Shown here in pieces: positions 11,501-24,566 of a stretch of 64,000 bases of DNA. Origin of the DNA: Macrostomum lignano (lineage: Eukaryota). The notes under the pieces are model-generated. The model ran no database searches, was not told the origin of the DNA, and worked only from the letters and a program-made list of their open reading frames with translations. Numbering within the stretch: the first letter of the stretch is position 1; each line of letters opens with the position of its first letter. The stretch spans positions 62,001 to 126,000 of the forward strand of contig NIVC01001716.1 of NCBI GenBank assembly GCA_002269645.1, written 5' to 3'. The translations under genes were made by a program, and so were the position numbers.

Positions 11501-12312
11501 GAATGGCCCCATGAACCACTGTGAGAATGGCCCCATGAGCCACTGTGAGAATGGCCCCATGAACCACTGTGAGAATGGCCCCATGAACCACTGTGAGAAT
11601 GGCCCCATGAGCCACTGTGAGAATGGCCCCATGAGCCACTGTGAGAATGGCCCCATGAACCACTGTGAGAATGGCCCCATGTACCACTGTGAGAATGGCC
11701 CCATGAACCACTGTGAGAATGGCCCCATGAACCACTGTGAGAATGGCCCCATGAGCCACTGTGAGAATGGCCCCATGAACCACTGTGAGAATGGCCCCAT
11801 GAACCACTGTGAGAATGGCCCCATGAGCCACTGTGAGAATGGCCCCATGAGCCACTGTGAGAATGGCCCCATGAACCACTGTGAGAATGGCCCCATGAAC
11901 CACTGTGAGAATGGCCCCATGAACCACTGTGAGAATGGCCCCATGAGCCACTGTGAGAATCGCCCTTTAACCACAGTGAGAATCGCCCCTAATACGCACA
12001 ATTTCGCATGTAAACTACTGTCAGTAGTTTACTAGTTAGCACGCAGATAATTAGCAAGAAATTCCAACCCTTCCACAGGTTCGCGAAATCCGCCTGGAAG
12101 ACCTATACGAACAGGACGAAGAAGCTAGCGAGTGCGGCGCCGCCGCGTCCGCCTCGGCGGCCTCCGAAGCCTCGGCGGCTGGCGCTGTGGGCGGCGGCGA
12201 CAGCAACGGCGCCGCCGGGGTGGTCATCGATGAAAATCTGTTCGCCGACGAAGACCTGGACGAGTTGGATAACATTGACAAAGAGTTGGACACGTTGGAA
12301 TTGCAGGAATGA
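5592..12312 (+). CDS. ZC3H15: Zinc finger CCCH domain-containing protein 15 (DFRP1/Tma46 family); exons 5592-5660, 9583-10127, 10741-11131, 12079-12312; 412 aa
   Basis: [23 protein letters not shown]|[17 protein letters not shown]..., CCCH fingers [19 protein letters not shown] and [28 protein letters not shown]|[14 protein letters not shown], acidic C-terminus with IDENLF; all junctions GT/AG and phase-consistent. Confidence 0.95.
5903..6891. mobile_element. Non-autonomous DNA transposon with TTAA TSD (Kolobok-like)
   Basis: TTAA|GGTAGGGGTTCCAGTGAGGTTTTGAAAC at left and inverted ATTTCACAAACCTCATCGGAACCCCTAC|TTAA at right; no transposase ORF. Confidence 0.7.
6958..7528. mobile_element. MITE with perfect 18-bp inverted repeats
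   Basis: AGTCATTTTGGTGACAAG 6958-6975 and its reverse complement 7511-7528; internal degenerate copies of the motif. Confidence 0.65.
8485..8661 (-). mobile_element. Degenerate tRNA-derived SINE with CORE-like segment
   Basis: On -: TAGCCTAATGGTTA (A box), GGTTCAATTC (B box); + strand AACTGAAGCAATGTAGAGTTAAGTGTCTTGCTCAAAGATACA resembles the MIR/CORE consensus GGTTAAGTGACTTGCCCAAGGTCACA. Confidence 0.5.
10236..10712. repeat. ~39-bp minisatellite, ZC3H15 intron 2
   Basis: Repeated ATATCCCCACCAGAGATATCTATTCCCACAATGGTTTCCAAA-like unit. Confidence 0.9.
11188..11988. repeat. 24-bp minisatellite, ZC3H15 intron 3
   Basis: Unit GCCCCATGAGCCACTGTGAGAATG/C. Confidence 0.95.
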
Positions 12313-13047
12313 CGTGTCAGTTTAGCCAGCTGATGCTGATGATGGCGCTGATGTTTGGCTGTTTGCTGGCTAATATTATTATGAATGATTGAAATAAATG
12401 ATTGATATCTGATAGAGTCTGCTTCCTTCTCTTCCCGATTCAGCTTTTGCGCCCTCATGTGTGTTCCTCTGCTCTTCTGCTTTTCAGGGTTCTCCCTCTC
12501 TCTCTCTCTCTCTCGTGTTTATTTATTGCACTGTGCATCATATTACTGTAAGTAGGATTGGGGAGTTTTTTTCAATCAAATAGGCTTTATTACAATTCCT
12601 AAAGCCAGGCTTTCATCATATATCTGAAATCCCAGTAACTTACGTATGTAATCCTGACGTGATGTTGCTGTCCTATCTTTGATGAAGCTCGGTTAACACG
12701 TGTTCGTCGCTGTTTTGGTTTATTCCCTTTAAAATTCTACTCACTTCTCTGCTGCGTCGCCTGAATTGCTCACCGAGTCTTTACTGAAATTACTGCTATT
12801 AAATTAATGTGTTGCACCTGTCCATGAACTATTTTCGATTGCGTGTAATATGCTACTTACTCATATCCTCTCGCTTTGACGCCATAGTGCATGGCTGCCA
12901 ATATTTTGAGAGAAGAGAATCAATAACATGCCGGCAAAACTAACTGACCAGCAGAGGACTGAATTTTTATTGAGACAATTCTTGTGTCTTGCTTATTTGT
13001 GGCGCACTGTAAGACCAGACACACACTGAGGTATTGGAGGACAGCCA

Positions 13048-14135
13048 CACACTGAAGTACCGGACGGTAACCAGCCTGAAGTATCGGACGGTAACCAGCC
13101 TGAAGTATCGGATGGCAAGCACACTGAAGTATCAGAAGGCAAGCACACTGAAGTATCGGATGGTCACCAGCCTGAAATATCGGACGGTAACTAGCCTGAA
13201 GTATCGGACGGTAACTAGCCTGAATTATCGGACGTTAACTAGCCTGAAGTATCGGACAGTAACCAGTCTGAAGCATCGGACGGTAACCAGCCTGAAGTAT
13301 CGGACGGTAACTAGCCTGAAGTATCGGACGGTAACCAGCCTGAAGTATCGGATGGTAACCAGCCTGAAGTATCGGACGGTAACCAGCCTGAAGTATCGGA
13401 TGGTAACCAGCCTGAAGTATCGGATGGTAACCAGCCTGAAGTATCGGACGGTAACCAGCCTGAAGTATCGGACGGTAACCAGCCTGAAGTATCGGACGGT
13501 AACCAGCCTGAAGTATCGGATGGCAAGCACACTGAAGTATCAGAAGGCAAGCACACTGAAGTATCGGATGGTCACCAGCCTGAAATATCGGACGGTAACT
13601 AGCCTGAAGTATCGGACGGTAACTAGCCTGAATTATCGGACGTTAACTAGCCTGAAGTATCGGACAGTAACCAGTCTGAAGCATCGGACGGTAACCAGTC
13701 TGAAGCATCGGACGGTAACCAGCCTGAAGTATCGGACGGTAACCAGCCTGAAGTATCGGACGGTAACCAGCCTGAAGTATCGGACGGTAACCAGCCTGAA
13801 GTATCGGACAGTAACCAGTCTGAAGCATCAGACGGTAACCAGTCTGAAGCATCGGACGGTAACCAGCCTGAAGTATCGGACGGTAACCAGCCTGAAGTAT
13901 CGGATGGTAACCAGCCTGAAGTATCGGATGGTAACCAGCCTGAAGTATCGGACGGTAACCAGCCTGAAGTATCGGATGGTAACCAGCCTGAAGTATCGGA
14001 TGGTCACCAGCCTGAAGTATCGGAAGGCAAGCACACTGAAGTTTCAGAATGCAAGCACACTGAAGTATCGGAGGGGAGCCACCCTGAAGTATCAGAAGGC
14101 AAGCACACTGAAGTATCGGAGGGGAGCCACCCTGA
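13048..14135. repeat. 24-bp minisatellite with higher-order duplication
   Basis: Unit CAGCCTGAAGTATCGGACGGTAAC; variant block at 13111 recurs at 13519. Confidence 0.95.
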
Positions 14136-14814
14136 ATACAATATTGGAACTAGGTTTCAATGCTGGATGTAATCTTGGCTATGAAAGTGCGGCTATAATG
14201 GCCTGTCAATCATAAAGCACAGAAGCGCACTAAAATTAATCGATTTGCGCAGGAAGCTGGAAGAAAGGATTTGCCATACTTGTGATGAAAACAGCTGGCA
14301 TAATTATCGACTTAGCTATATGGCTGCAGATGAGTCATCAGTTGCAGCTACATGGCACTACTTGAACAGCAGCAGGACCAGAGCTTAAAAACGCACACAG
14401 GCTGGTCTGTAGCTCCTCCCGCGCCCGTCCAGGTTCCTCCGCGGACGTCGTCAGCCTGCAGGCACTGGGCCGCGGTATCCTGCTGTTACCTCTATAGACC
14501 GGCCTCTGTTGACGCCCCTAAATTGTGCCCACTCTGCCCATTTGTACACTTCAGCGCAACAACCCCCTTTTCGGTCACGCTATACGCCTCTCTCTCTGCC
14601 AGCCATCCCCGATACCCCAGTTACTTCCATCATCGTCGGCTTGCCCCAACACAGTCAAATCCCCCGGTGAAGGCTGAACAAGACTGGGAGCGAGTCATCC
14701 TCTAACCTCCGCTAGTTTTTTTCCCTTGTAGTTCCTGTCCTGGTAGACCAATTCACCAGCTAATCCTTCATCATTCTTTCTATTGGAAATTTCTGCCAAT
14801 ATTGACTGCGCAAC

Positions 14815-17800
14815 ATGTCGGTACCGGAGTTCGGCCAGCAGCAGCAGACGACACGGGTTCGCCTGGTCCGGCCGGCCAAAGAGGCCGCCTGGGGCTTCCG
14901 GTTGGACCGAGGCTCCAGACACGCAGGCGGGTTCGTTGTGTCTCGGGTGAGGAAGCGAAATTTATTTGCTTCTCTGAGGGTTTGGCTTGCTTCCAGATGA
15001 AATAGTTCTGATTGACGCTGTTCGATCTAGAGCTGATATGGTGGAGCTTACTTCCGGAGCTGAGATAGTGGAGCTTACTTCCGGAGCTGAGATAGTGGAG
15101 ATTACTTCCGGAGCTGAGATAGTGGAGCTTGCTTCCGGAGATGAAATGGTGGAGCTTACTTCTATAGAGCTGAGATAGTGGAGCTTACTTCCGGAGCTGA
15201 GATAGTGGAGCTTACTTCCGGAGCTGAGATAGTGGAGCTTACTTCCGGAGCTGAGATAGTGGAGCTTACTTCTAGAGCTGAGATAGTGGAGCTTACTTCC
15301 GGAGCTGAGATAGTAGAGCTTACTTCCGGAGCTTAGATGATGGAGCTTACTTCCGGAGCTGACACTGTGGGAGCTTACTTTCGGAGCTGAGACTGTGGGA
15401 GCTTACTTCCGGAGCTGACACTGTGGGAGCTTACTTCCGGAGCTGACACTGTGGGAGCTTACTTCTGAGCTGACACTGTGGGAGCTTACTTCCGGAGCTG
15501 CGATGGCGGAGTTGAGATGCTGGGACCATTTGATAATGCACGCTATCACTTGTCCTCACTTGATTTCCCCAATCACTTGTCCAGGTGACCCCCGGCAGTC
15601 CCGCATCCAGCGTGCTGTTCAAAGGCGACTTGCTGGTGGAAGTGGACGGCACGAGCTGCGCCAAGCTGGCCTATGATCAGGCCGTCCAGATGATGCAACG
15701 GGCCGGTCAAATTGTTGACCTCGCCGTAGTGTCCGGGTGAGGCTGTGTGGAGTTCGAACCATGGACCTATTAACTATAGCAAAGAATTAGTAATAACAAA
15801 AATGAATAAACCGATTCGAAATATTCGCAGATCGACTCCGCTGGAACTGGTGACTTCTCCGCAGCATTTTCGAAACACGGTGAGAAGGCCTTAGTTTGCT
15901 GATTTTTATTCGGCTGCGTCAGCGCCTCCCTACAGAGTGGGAGTGGCGACCCTCCACTGCCATCTGACTGCCACTATCTGACTGCCACTATCTGACTGAC
16001 ACTATCTGACTGCCACTATCTGACTGACACTATCTGACTGCCACTATCTGACTGCCACTATCTGACTGCCACTATCTGACTGCCACTATCTGACTGCCAC
16101 TATCTGACTGCCACTATCTGACTGCCACTATCTGACTGCCACTATCTGACTGACACTATCTGACTGCCATCTGACTGCCACTATCTGACTGCCACTATCT
16201 GACTGACACTATCTGACTGACACTATCTGACTGCCACTATCTGACTGACACTATCTGACTGCCATCTGACTGCCACTATCTGACTGCCACTATCTGACTG
16301 CCACTATCTGACTGCCATCTGACTGCCACTATCTGACTGCCACTATCTGACTGCCATCTGACTGCCACTATCTGACTGACACTATCTGACTGACACTATC
16401 TGACTGACACTATCTGACTGTCACTATCTGACTGCCACTATCTGACTGACACTATCTGACTGACACTATCTGACTGCCACTATCTGACTGACACTATCTG
16501 ACTGCCACTATCTGACTGACACTATCTGACTGACACTATCTGACTGCCATCTGACTGCCACTATCTGACTGACACTATCTGACTGCCACTATCTGACTGA
16601 CACTATCTGACTGACACTATCTGACTGTCACTATCTGACTGACACTATCTGACTGCCATCTGACTGCCACTATCTGACTGACACTATCTGACTGCCACTA
16701 TCTGACTGACACTATCTGACTGACACTATCTGACTGCCATCTGACTGCCACTATCTGACTGCCATCTGACTGCCACTATCTGACTGACACTATCTGACTG
16801 CCACTATCTGACTGACACTATCTGACTGACACTATCTGACTGCCATCTGACTGCCACTATCTGACTGCCATCTGACTGCCACTATCTGACTGACACTATC
16901 TGACTGACACTATCTGACTGCCATCTGACTGCCACTATCTGACTGCCACTATCTGACTGACACTATCTGACTGCCACTATCTGACTGCCACTATTTGACT
17001 GCCACTATCTGACTGCCACTATCTGACTGCCACTATCTGACTGCCACTATCTGACTGCCACTATCTGACTGCCATCTGACTGCCACTATCTGACTGCCAC
17101 TATCTGACTGACACTATCTGACTGCCATCTGACTGACACTATCTGACTGCCACTATCTGACTGACACTATCTGACTGACACTATCTGACTGCCACTATCT
17201 GACTGACACTATCTGACTGCCACTATCTGACTGCCACTATCTGACTGCCACTATCTGACTGCCATCTGACTGCCACTATCTGACTGCCACTATCTGACTG
17301 ACACTATCTGACTGCCATCTGACTGACACTATCTGACTGCCACTATCTGACTGACACTATCTGACTGACACTATCTGACTGCCACTATCTGACTGCCACT
17401 ATCTGACTGCCATCTGACTGCCACTATCTGACTGCCACTATCTGACTACCATCTGACTGCCACTATCTAACTGCCACTATCTAACTGCCAAGCCAAACCC
17501 TAACCCTAATCTAAACCTTTAGCTTAAGGCAGTCAAATTGTGGACCCTGGGCTGCGCTGCTGGCTGTCACACCCTGGGCACCAAGTCAGTTATGATAATT
17601 TGCTAATGACAATCATGACACTGGATTTTCTTAGAAAAGAGCTGGAGGCCGGTAAGGAACGCGTATAGAATATTTAGTTCGTTAGCAATTTTTTGAAAGC
17701 TGGATTTACAGCGGAAAGACACAATCAATTTTTTTTCAATTTTTCAATCAACCAATGCTAGTGTTGGTCTTTAAATAATTGGTAATATATTAGATATTTG

Positions 17801-20570
17801 TAATGCTTCTTAATGAAATCCGTCGGTACAGAATGTGCACATTTCATTTTGGTGTTTGCACAATGTACAATAATTAGAGACAGACATACAATACTGTAAT
17901 AGATTAGGATGAGCAAGGCTTAAATATACACTGGCGTAGCTTGTGGGGGAAGGGCGACGGCCCTGGCGCCCCTGGTGCTAAAGCCCCTGCTGGTGCTGAA
18001 GCCCCTGGCACCCCCTCCCCCCAAAAAACTCGTGGCCGCCACGCTCCCGCGCTTATTCACGTAGAAGCCACCAATATAAAAAAAATGTTGCATCATAGAA
18101 ATTAGAAATTCCCGGCGTAGGATATACACACAAAATATCTAACTTTATAACACCCTTTATGAGCAGGCCGTTCATCGGGAGTCTGCTACGCCAACCGTGC
18201 TAGACTACTAAAAGTAGCATGAAGGAATGTGAACTCTATGGTTTCCAGATGCTCAGGAAAAATGATAATATTGCATTGAGACTAGCAGAGATCTGAGAGA
18301 AACAGCAGATTCACACTGTGGAATTAAGAGGGAATTACACTGGAAGTAGGACTTACATTAAGTCATACTTAGATTACAATTACAAGTTTACATTATTACA
18401 AGATTACAAGATTACAAGATTACTTAGATTACATTACAATAAGAAGTAGGACTTACATTAAGTCAAGTCCTACTTGTATCCCAGGTTTCCATGCACCAAA
18501 AGACTCCGTCCTTCAAATTAAGTAGTCCTCCATGAAACCCCCCCCCCCTGCAGAGCTTCGGTGCCGAGAGCAACGCTTCGTCCACCACCTTCAGCGAGTG
18601 CTACGGCAGCCCGCACTCCAGCGCCATCAACCTGTTGCACACCAGTAACCCGCACCAGATGCGCGCCCAGTCAACTGCCCAGCCGGCATTCCGCCGAGTC
18701 TGCAGCTCCGAGGCCGGCAGTCCGACGCCCAGCTTTCAACGGCAGCAGCAGCTCCAGCAGCATCACACCATCGACCTGCATCATCATCAGCAGCAGCAGC
18801 AGCCGCAGCAGTATTTCACTTTCAACGCTCGTCCCAGACGGATGTCAGTCGGCTATCACAACTACGTGAAGCAGTTCCAGCAGCCGCAGCAGCAGCCGCT
18901 GGCTCATCGGCCTCGAGTTCATCAGCTTCAGCAACTTGGCAACCGGCCACTGATTGCGTCTTGCAGTTTGAGGTTCTGTGGTTTGGATTTCAGGACATTT
19001 TTATTTGAGTTTTATTCAAGCTTTAAATGATGACTTCCTCTGAAAAATGCCCGCTGAAGGCGTTAATCTCCGCTCTCTGCAGACTTTCATCTCCGCTCTC
19101 TGCAGACTTTCATCTCCGCTCTCTGAAGACTTTCATCTCCGCTCTCTGCAGACTTTCATCTCTTCTCTCTGCAGACTTTCATCTCTACTCTCTGAAGACT
19201 TTCATCTCCTCTCTCTGCAGACTTTCATCTCTACTCTCTGCAGACTTTCATCTCCGCTCTCTGCAGACTTTCATCTCCGCTCTCTGCAGACTTTCATCTC
19301 CGCTCTCTGCAGACTTTCATCTCCGCTCTCTGCAGACTTTCATCTCCGCTCTATAAAGACTTTCATCTCTACTCTCTGCAGACTTTCATCTCTACTCTCT
19401 GCAGACTTTCATCTCCGCTCTCTAAAGACTTTAATCTCTACTCTCTGAAGACTTTCATCTCATATCAAAAACCAAGAAAGCGATTTATGTTTGAGACACT
19501 GTCCAGAAATTTCCAACCACTCAACAATCGGTCCCTCCTTCCCTAAAAGTCGGTAGTGTTGCTGTTAGCGGCAGCCAATCAGGTTAACTTTCGAAGGGGC
19601 ATCCTTGGGCGAATAGTTCGAGGCTGTATATACCGGTACCTTTGGTCAAAAAGCTGCACTGGCATTCGAAATACCGGGCCTAAAACAGGAAAAGAGAGAA
19701 AGAGAGTTATGGTTGCTAGGAAGAAATCAATTTTTCTGCGACTGGCCAACGGGATGGAAGGAGAAGGGAAGACAGAGAAGGATGCGAATATGTGCGCGCA
19801 GCCCATGTTCGACTAGAATTCACTTTCTGTTGCACCCCGTGCTTCTTCGGTCTTCCTTGCCTTTCTCCCCGCTCTCTGTCTGTCTGCCACTTCCCGGTCC
19901 TCTCACACTAACGGGAATCACGCAAACACCCGCCATCGGTTCTGCCTCTCTCCTCTCCCCTTTTCTCTCCTCTCTCCTGTTCTCCCCCATTTTCGGATTT
20001 TATTTTGCAAAGTAGAAAGAGGACGTGGCGACAAAAATCTTCCATATTTCTGGCATCGCTACGCGTCTTGGCAGGTCTTTGACATCGACAGCGGAGGACG
20101 AAGGAACAGTCATGGATTCCTTCATGGAAAGTATGCAGCAGTACCCGGGGTACAGTCAGCAGCAACAGTTACAGCAGCAGCAGCAGCAGCAGCAACAGCA
20201 ACAACAGCCTCCATCAGGCCTTGCTTTCCCGGCTAGACAGGAGCGTAAAGTGTCCACTTCGTCGATCACGTTGAACTTCACCGGTCAGAGACCGCCTGCT
20301 GGACCTGCTGTAAGACAGCCGCTGCAGCACCCGCAGCAGCACCCGCTGCAGCACCCGCAGCAGCACCCGCTGCAGCACCCGCAACAGCAGTACCCGCAGC
20401 AGCACCCACAGTCGCGCTCACTCGGCGGCAGTTTGCCGCGCCGATTCTCAAATCCGGCGCCGCCGCAGATGGCGCGACACCAGGGCCCATCTCCGTACGC
20501 GGCTCAGCCGCCGCAGCCGCCGCAGCCGCCGCCGCCTCCGCCGCAGCCACCGCAGCCACCGCAGGCCTAT

Positions 20571-20601
<31 letters not shown>

Positions 20602-23037
20602 ACTCGCTCCGCCTGCTGCAGTGGCTCAGCAGCAGCTCGGACAACATGATGGATCGAGACGTGCGAGACGAAGTTTGGCAAAAGCTGAGACAGCGTGAGT
20701 TGAGAACATTATTATGAAAATTAATACATATATTTTCATAAAATCTCGATCGGGTATCCACAGTCGCCTGGTGTCACTCGTTGAAGGAGTCGACGGCGTC
20801 AGGGTGATGACAGAATTCTCAAGAGTCTAGCCTAGGATGTCCAGCAGTTGAGGTTTGATCAGCGAAACTAGAGAAAGTCGCTGAGGATAAAGTGGCACCC
20901 AGTCTTGAAATAAAGTGGCACCCAGTCTTGAAACAAAGTGGCACAGTTTGAGGATAAAGTGGCACACAGTCCGAGGATAAAGTGGCACACAGTCCGAGGA
21001 TAAAATGGCACAGAGTCCGAGGATAAAGTGGCACACAGTCCGAGGATAAAATGGCACACAGTCTGAGGATAAAGTGGCACACAGTCCGAGGATAAAATGG
21101 CACACAGTCTGAGGATGAAGTGGCACACAGTGGCAATTAGAAGCTACAGAAAAGCTGAAACGCCATCCCGGATGTTCCTCATATTCCAGCAGCTTCTCCG
21201 CAGCGCCAGCTCAGCCACTCAGCCAGCAGCAGCACTCATCAGGGCCTGGTGGTTCCCCAGCCGCAGCCGATGTACCAGCGCTTCAGCAGCGGTGGCGGCA
21301 GCGGAGGCGCCGGACAGCCTCTGCGCGCCTCGGCCAGCACAAGCGACATCGCCGCCGGAGTTGGCGGAGCCGGCGGCGACACCCAGTCGGAGGCCGGGGA
21401 CGATTATTTCCGCAGGCGGCTGCAGCAGAACCTGCAGCAGCAACAGCAGCAGCCGGGGGGCCTCGGCAGGCCGGCCCCCGTTCGAGCTGCCTTCAATCCG
21501 GCCCTGCGGGTGCCCCGATCGAGAGCCAGACGGGAGCAGCTGCTGCAGCAGCGGCCGCCCGACCAGATGGAGGCCATCCGGGCCACCATTCGGGCCAACC
21601 AGCAGCAGCTGCAACAGCAGCAACAGGCGGCTGCGATGGAGAAGGCCGAACCCAGTGAGCACTATTCTTATCCCTGCTTCATCTGCCTGCTCCTCTTTCA
21701 TCTCTCTATCCTTTTTTCTCCCTGTCTCTTTCCTCCTCTACCTGTCTCCCTCTACCTGTCTCCCTCTACCTGTCTCCCTCTACCTGTCTCCCTCTACCTG
21801 TCTCCCTCTACCTGTCTCCCTCTACCTGTCTCCCTCTACCTGTCTCCCTCTACCTGTCTCCCTCTACCTGTCTCCCTCTACCTGTCTCCCTCTACCTGTC
21901 TCCCTCTACCTGTCTCCCTCTACCTGTCTCCCTCTACCTGTCTCCCTCTACCTGTCTCCCTCTACCTGTCTCCCTCTACCTGTCTCCCTCTACCTGTCTC
22001 CCTCTACCTGTCTCCCTCTACCTGTCTCCCTCTACCTGTCTCCCTCTACCTGTCTCCCTCTACCTGTCTCCCTCTACCTGTCTCCCTCTACCTGTCTCCC
22101 TCTACCTGTCTCCCTCTACCTGTCTCCCTCTACCTGTCTCCCTTTACCTGTCTCCCTCTACCTGTCTCCCTCTACCTGTCTCCCTCTACATGTCTCCCTC
22201 TACCTGTCTCCCTCTACCTGTCTCCCTCTACCTGTCTCCCTCTACCTGTCTCCCTTTCTCCACTTGTCTCTTTTCTTTCTCTACCTGTCTCTCTTCTCTC
22301 TCCACCTGTCTCTCTCTCCTCTCTCTACCTGTCTCTCTCCTCTCTCCACCTGTATCTCTCTCTCCTCTCTCTACGTGTCTCTCTCCTCTCTCCACCTGTA
22401 TCTCTCTCTCCTCTCTCTACTTGTCTCTCTCCTCTCTCCACCTGTATCTCTCTCTCCTCTCTCTACCTGTCTCTCCTCTCTCTACCTGTCTCTCTCCTCT
22501 CTCTACTTGTCTCTCTCCTCTCTCCACCTGTATCTCTCTCTCCTCTCTCTACGTGTCTCTCCTCTCTCTACCTGTCTCTCCTCTCTCTACGTGTCTCTCC
22601 TCTCTCTACCTGTCTCTCCTCTCTCTACGTGTCTCTCCTCTCTCTACCTGTCTCTCCTCTCTCTACCTGTCTCTCCTCTCTCTGACATGTCTCTCTCCTC
22701 TGCGAGTGTTTTCTATTAAATCAATCCTCTTTGTCTCACCTACCCGCTCGATCGCTTCTCTTCCCCTCCAACCGCCAGCTGTTTCCCGCAATGCCACGCA
22801 CCCCCGGCAATTCCAGACGAGCTGTCGCACAACCCGCGCTTCCAGCAGCTCCGCGAGCAGCTCCAGTCGCAGCCGTCAGTTGAAGACAACGGCGGCGGCG
22901 ACGGCCTGGCGGTGGCCCGCGAGGACAACACGGACTCCGCCAAGCGCATTGACGAACTTCGCCGAATCCAACTGGGAGCGCCCGCGGGTGTCGGCGACAG
23001 TCAGCAGCGCCAGCAGCGGGCAGCCAGCGAGTTCTGA
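14815..23037 (+). CDS. PDZ-domain protein (PDLIM/Zasp-like PDZ) with Q-rich low-complexity tail; exons 14815-14946, 15585-15736, 15831-15879, 18554-18972, 20075-20694, 21190-21654, 22817-23037; ~685 aa
   Basis: RVRLVRPAKEAAWGFRLDRG...FVVSR|VTPGSPASSVLFKGDLLVEVDG...AVQMMQRAGQIVDLAV is a PDZ fold. All joins are phase-compatible, but the 18972 donor (GTTCTG) is weak, so exons 5-7 could be a separate gene starting at ATG 20112. Confidence 0.7.
15030..15500. repeat. 27-bp minisatellite, PDZ gene intron 1
   Basis: Unit GAGCTGAGATAGTGGAGCTTACTTCCG. Confidence 0.9.
15955..17489. repeat. 14-bp minisatellite, PDZ gene intron 3
   Basis: Unit CTATCTGACTGCCA / CTATCTGACTGACA. Confidence 0.95.
17931..18192. 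mobile_element. Putative GC-rich MITE relic
   Basis: Short inverted ends GGCGTAGC 17933-17940 and GCTACGCC 18185-18192; internal GCCCCTGGTGCT repeats. Confidence 0.35.
19072..19460. repeat. 23-bp minisatellite, PDZ gene intron 4
   Basis: Unit CTCTGCAGACTTTCATCTCCGCT. Confidence 0.9.
20880..21132. repeat. 23-bp minisatellite, PDZ gene intron 5
   Basis: Unit GAGGATAAAGTGGCACACAGTCC. Confidence 0.9.
21735..22695. repeat. 14-bp/CT-rich polypyrimidine repeat, PDZ gene intron 6
   Basis: (TCTACCTGTCTCCC)n decaying into CT-rich variants. Confidence 0.95.
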
Positions 23038-24291
23038 TCAGCCAAGGACACCTGGAAATAGCGAGGCCGATTGGTTTTACTCTGCAAAATGCATTGGATA
23101 GATAACATTTTTCCTGCCTTTTTTAGGCAAGGCAAGCTTCCAACAATTCATTTATTACGTTAGATATGATATTAATAACCGCAAATAGATGCCCTGGCGC
23201 AACGCCTTCAGCGACCCTCACACAAGGGTGTACAACGAAATTGGGGAGAGAGGTCAACATGTACTCTACTCAATAAATAAAAAACACTTGAGAATGCGAT
23301 GAATTTGCCCCATCCTTCTTAACGCTTTAATTGCGGCCTTCAAAGTATTGTGTTTTTTATCGCTTCTCATTTTGTAGAATATAGTACAGCGCTACTATTT
23401 AACTACTCGAGTACTTCAATAGTAGTATGATGCAAATCCATCGCTGAATTTTTAACAGTATTCATAATGCATCTGCTTCATTGCCTTAAAATTAATTGCT
23501 GTGTTAGTTAGTTCACAGCTTCTGTAGTTGACTAAAGTTAGCAAAATTTAGAATTGACTCACTGCATGTTAGTTTGCGAATAATGTTTTTGTTTGATGAG
23601 CTATTGAAATCTGCAAATTATGAAAAAAAAATTGAAAATTACTTGTCTAACATTTTGTGGGTAACGCACTGATTAGGCTTGTGCTAAGCTTTTCTGCCTT
23701 AAATATATTATATATTCAGCATTCGCACATCATTCTTCTGGAATAACGTTACCGTTTTGTTCATCACTAGTATAATACGACAGTATTGAGTCTGTCCTGT
23801 TATAAGTTTATAAAACACCCTAATCTGAGGACAAAGTGGCATAGTCTCGGGATAAATCGGCATAGTTTTGGGATAAAGTGGCTCACAGTTTGATAATTAG
23901 GGTGGCGCAATATTAAAATAAAAACGGACACATTTAGGTAATCGAATACTACAAGAACAACATTGTACTTTCTACAAGAACTGAGTATACAGTTCATTTG
24001 ATCAGCAAAAGATTTAAAATTAATAGCCACGGGCAAGGGTTCACCCGAGTGCTCAACCCTAATTCAACAGGGCTACACTGTGTCAGCCAGCCAGACAAAG
24101 ATAATTGATTAGCTGCAGCATGACTCTGTCAGACGGAAGGTGGAGGAGGAGAGAGAAGGAATTTTAAGAGCCATTAAAATTCGCAACGGGCTTTGCAACC
24201 CCCGTTTTTAACCATCGTATTCAACTGAGGTGCTCAATTACTGGCTGATAACAATCTTGTTTTATAAATGACTGTTTCAACTGGATTAAGA

Positions 24292-24566
24292 GTGGGTGGT
24301 CCAGCACGGCGCCTCTTGTGTGCCAGCGGCCCAGGCTCCATTCCAAGTGCAGTCACATTAATTTATGGCTAAATCGGAATCTCGGCTTGGCTCTGCTCGT
24401 GCAATTAGCGGCCTTGTAGGCCAACCCCCAAGGCACAGTGAAGTGTACATGCCTAACGATAATTAAAGTTATGGCCGCTGTGCACTCCTGTGTGAGTGTG
24501 TGCCTGTGCGTATGACTGCGTACGTATCTGCCGCTTGTGTGCCTGTGTCCGCGCTTGTGTGTCCAG
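24292..24566 (+). mobile_element. 3'-truncated copy of the tRNA-SINE family
   Basis: Near-identical body to 3932-4297 (CCAAGTGCAGTCACATTAATTT...GGCTCTGCTCGTGCAATTA...GTGAAGTGTACATGCC); no tail. Confidence 0.8.

Noticed and set aside
12928-14400. Small gene split by the 24-bp array (MPAKLTDQQRTEFLLR...)
   Set aside because: No downstream acceptor gives a convincing continuation.
17495-17520. Interstitial telomeric repeat
   Set aside because: Only about two CCCTAA units; too short.
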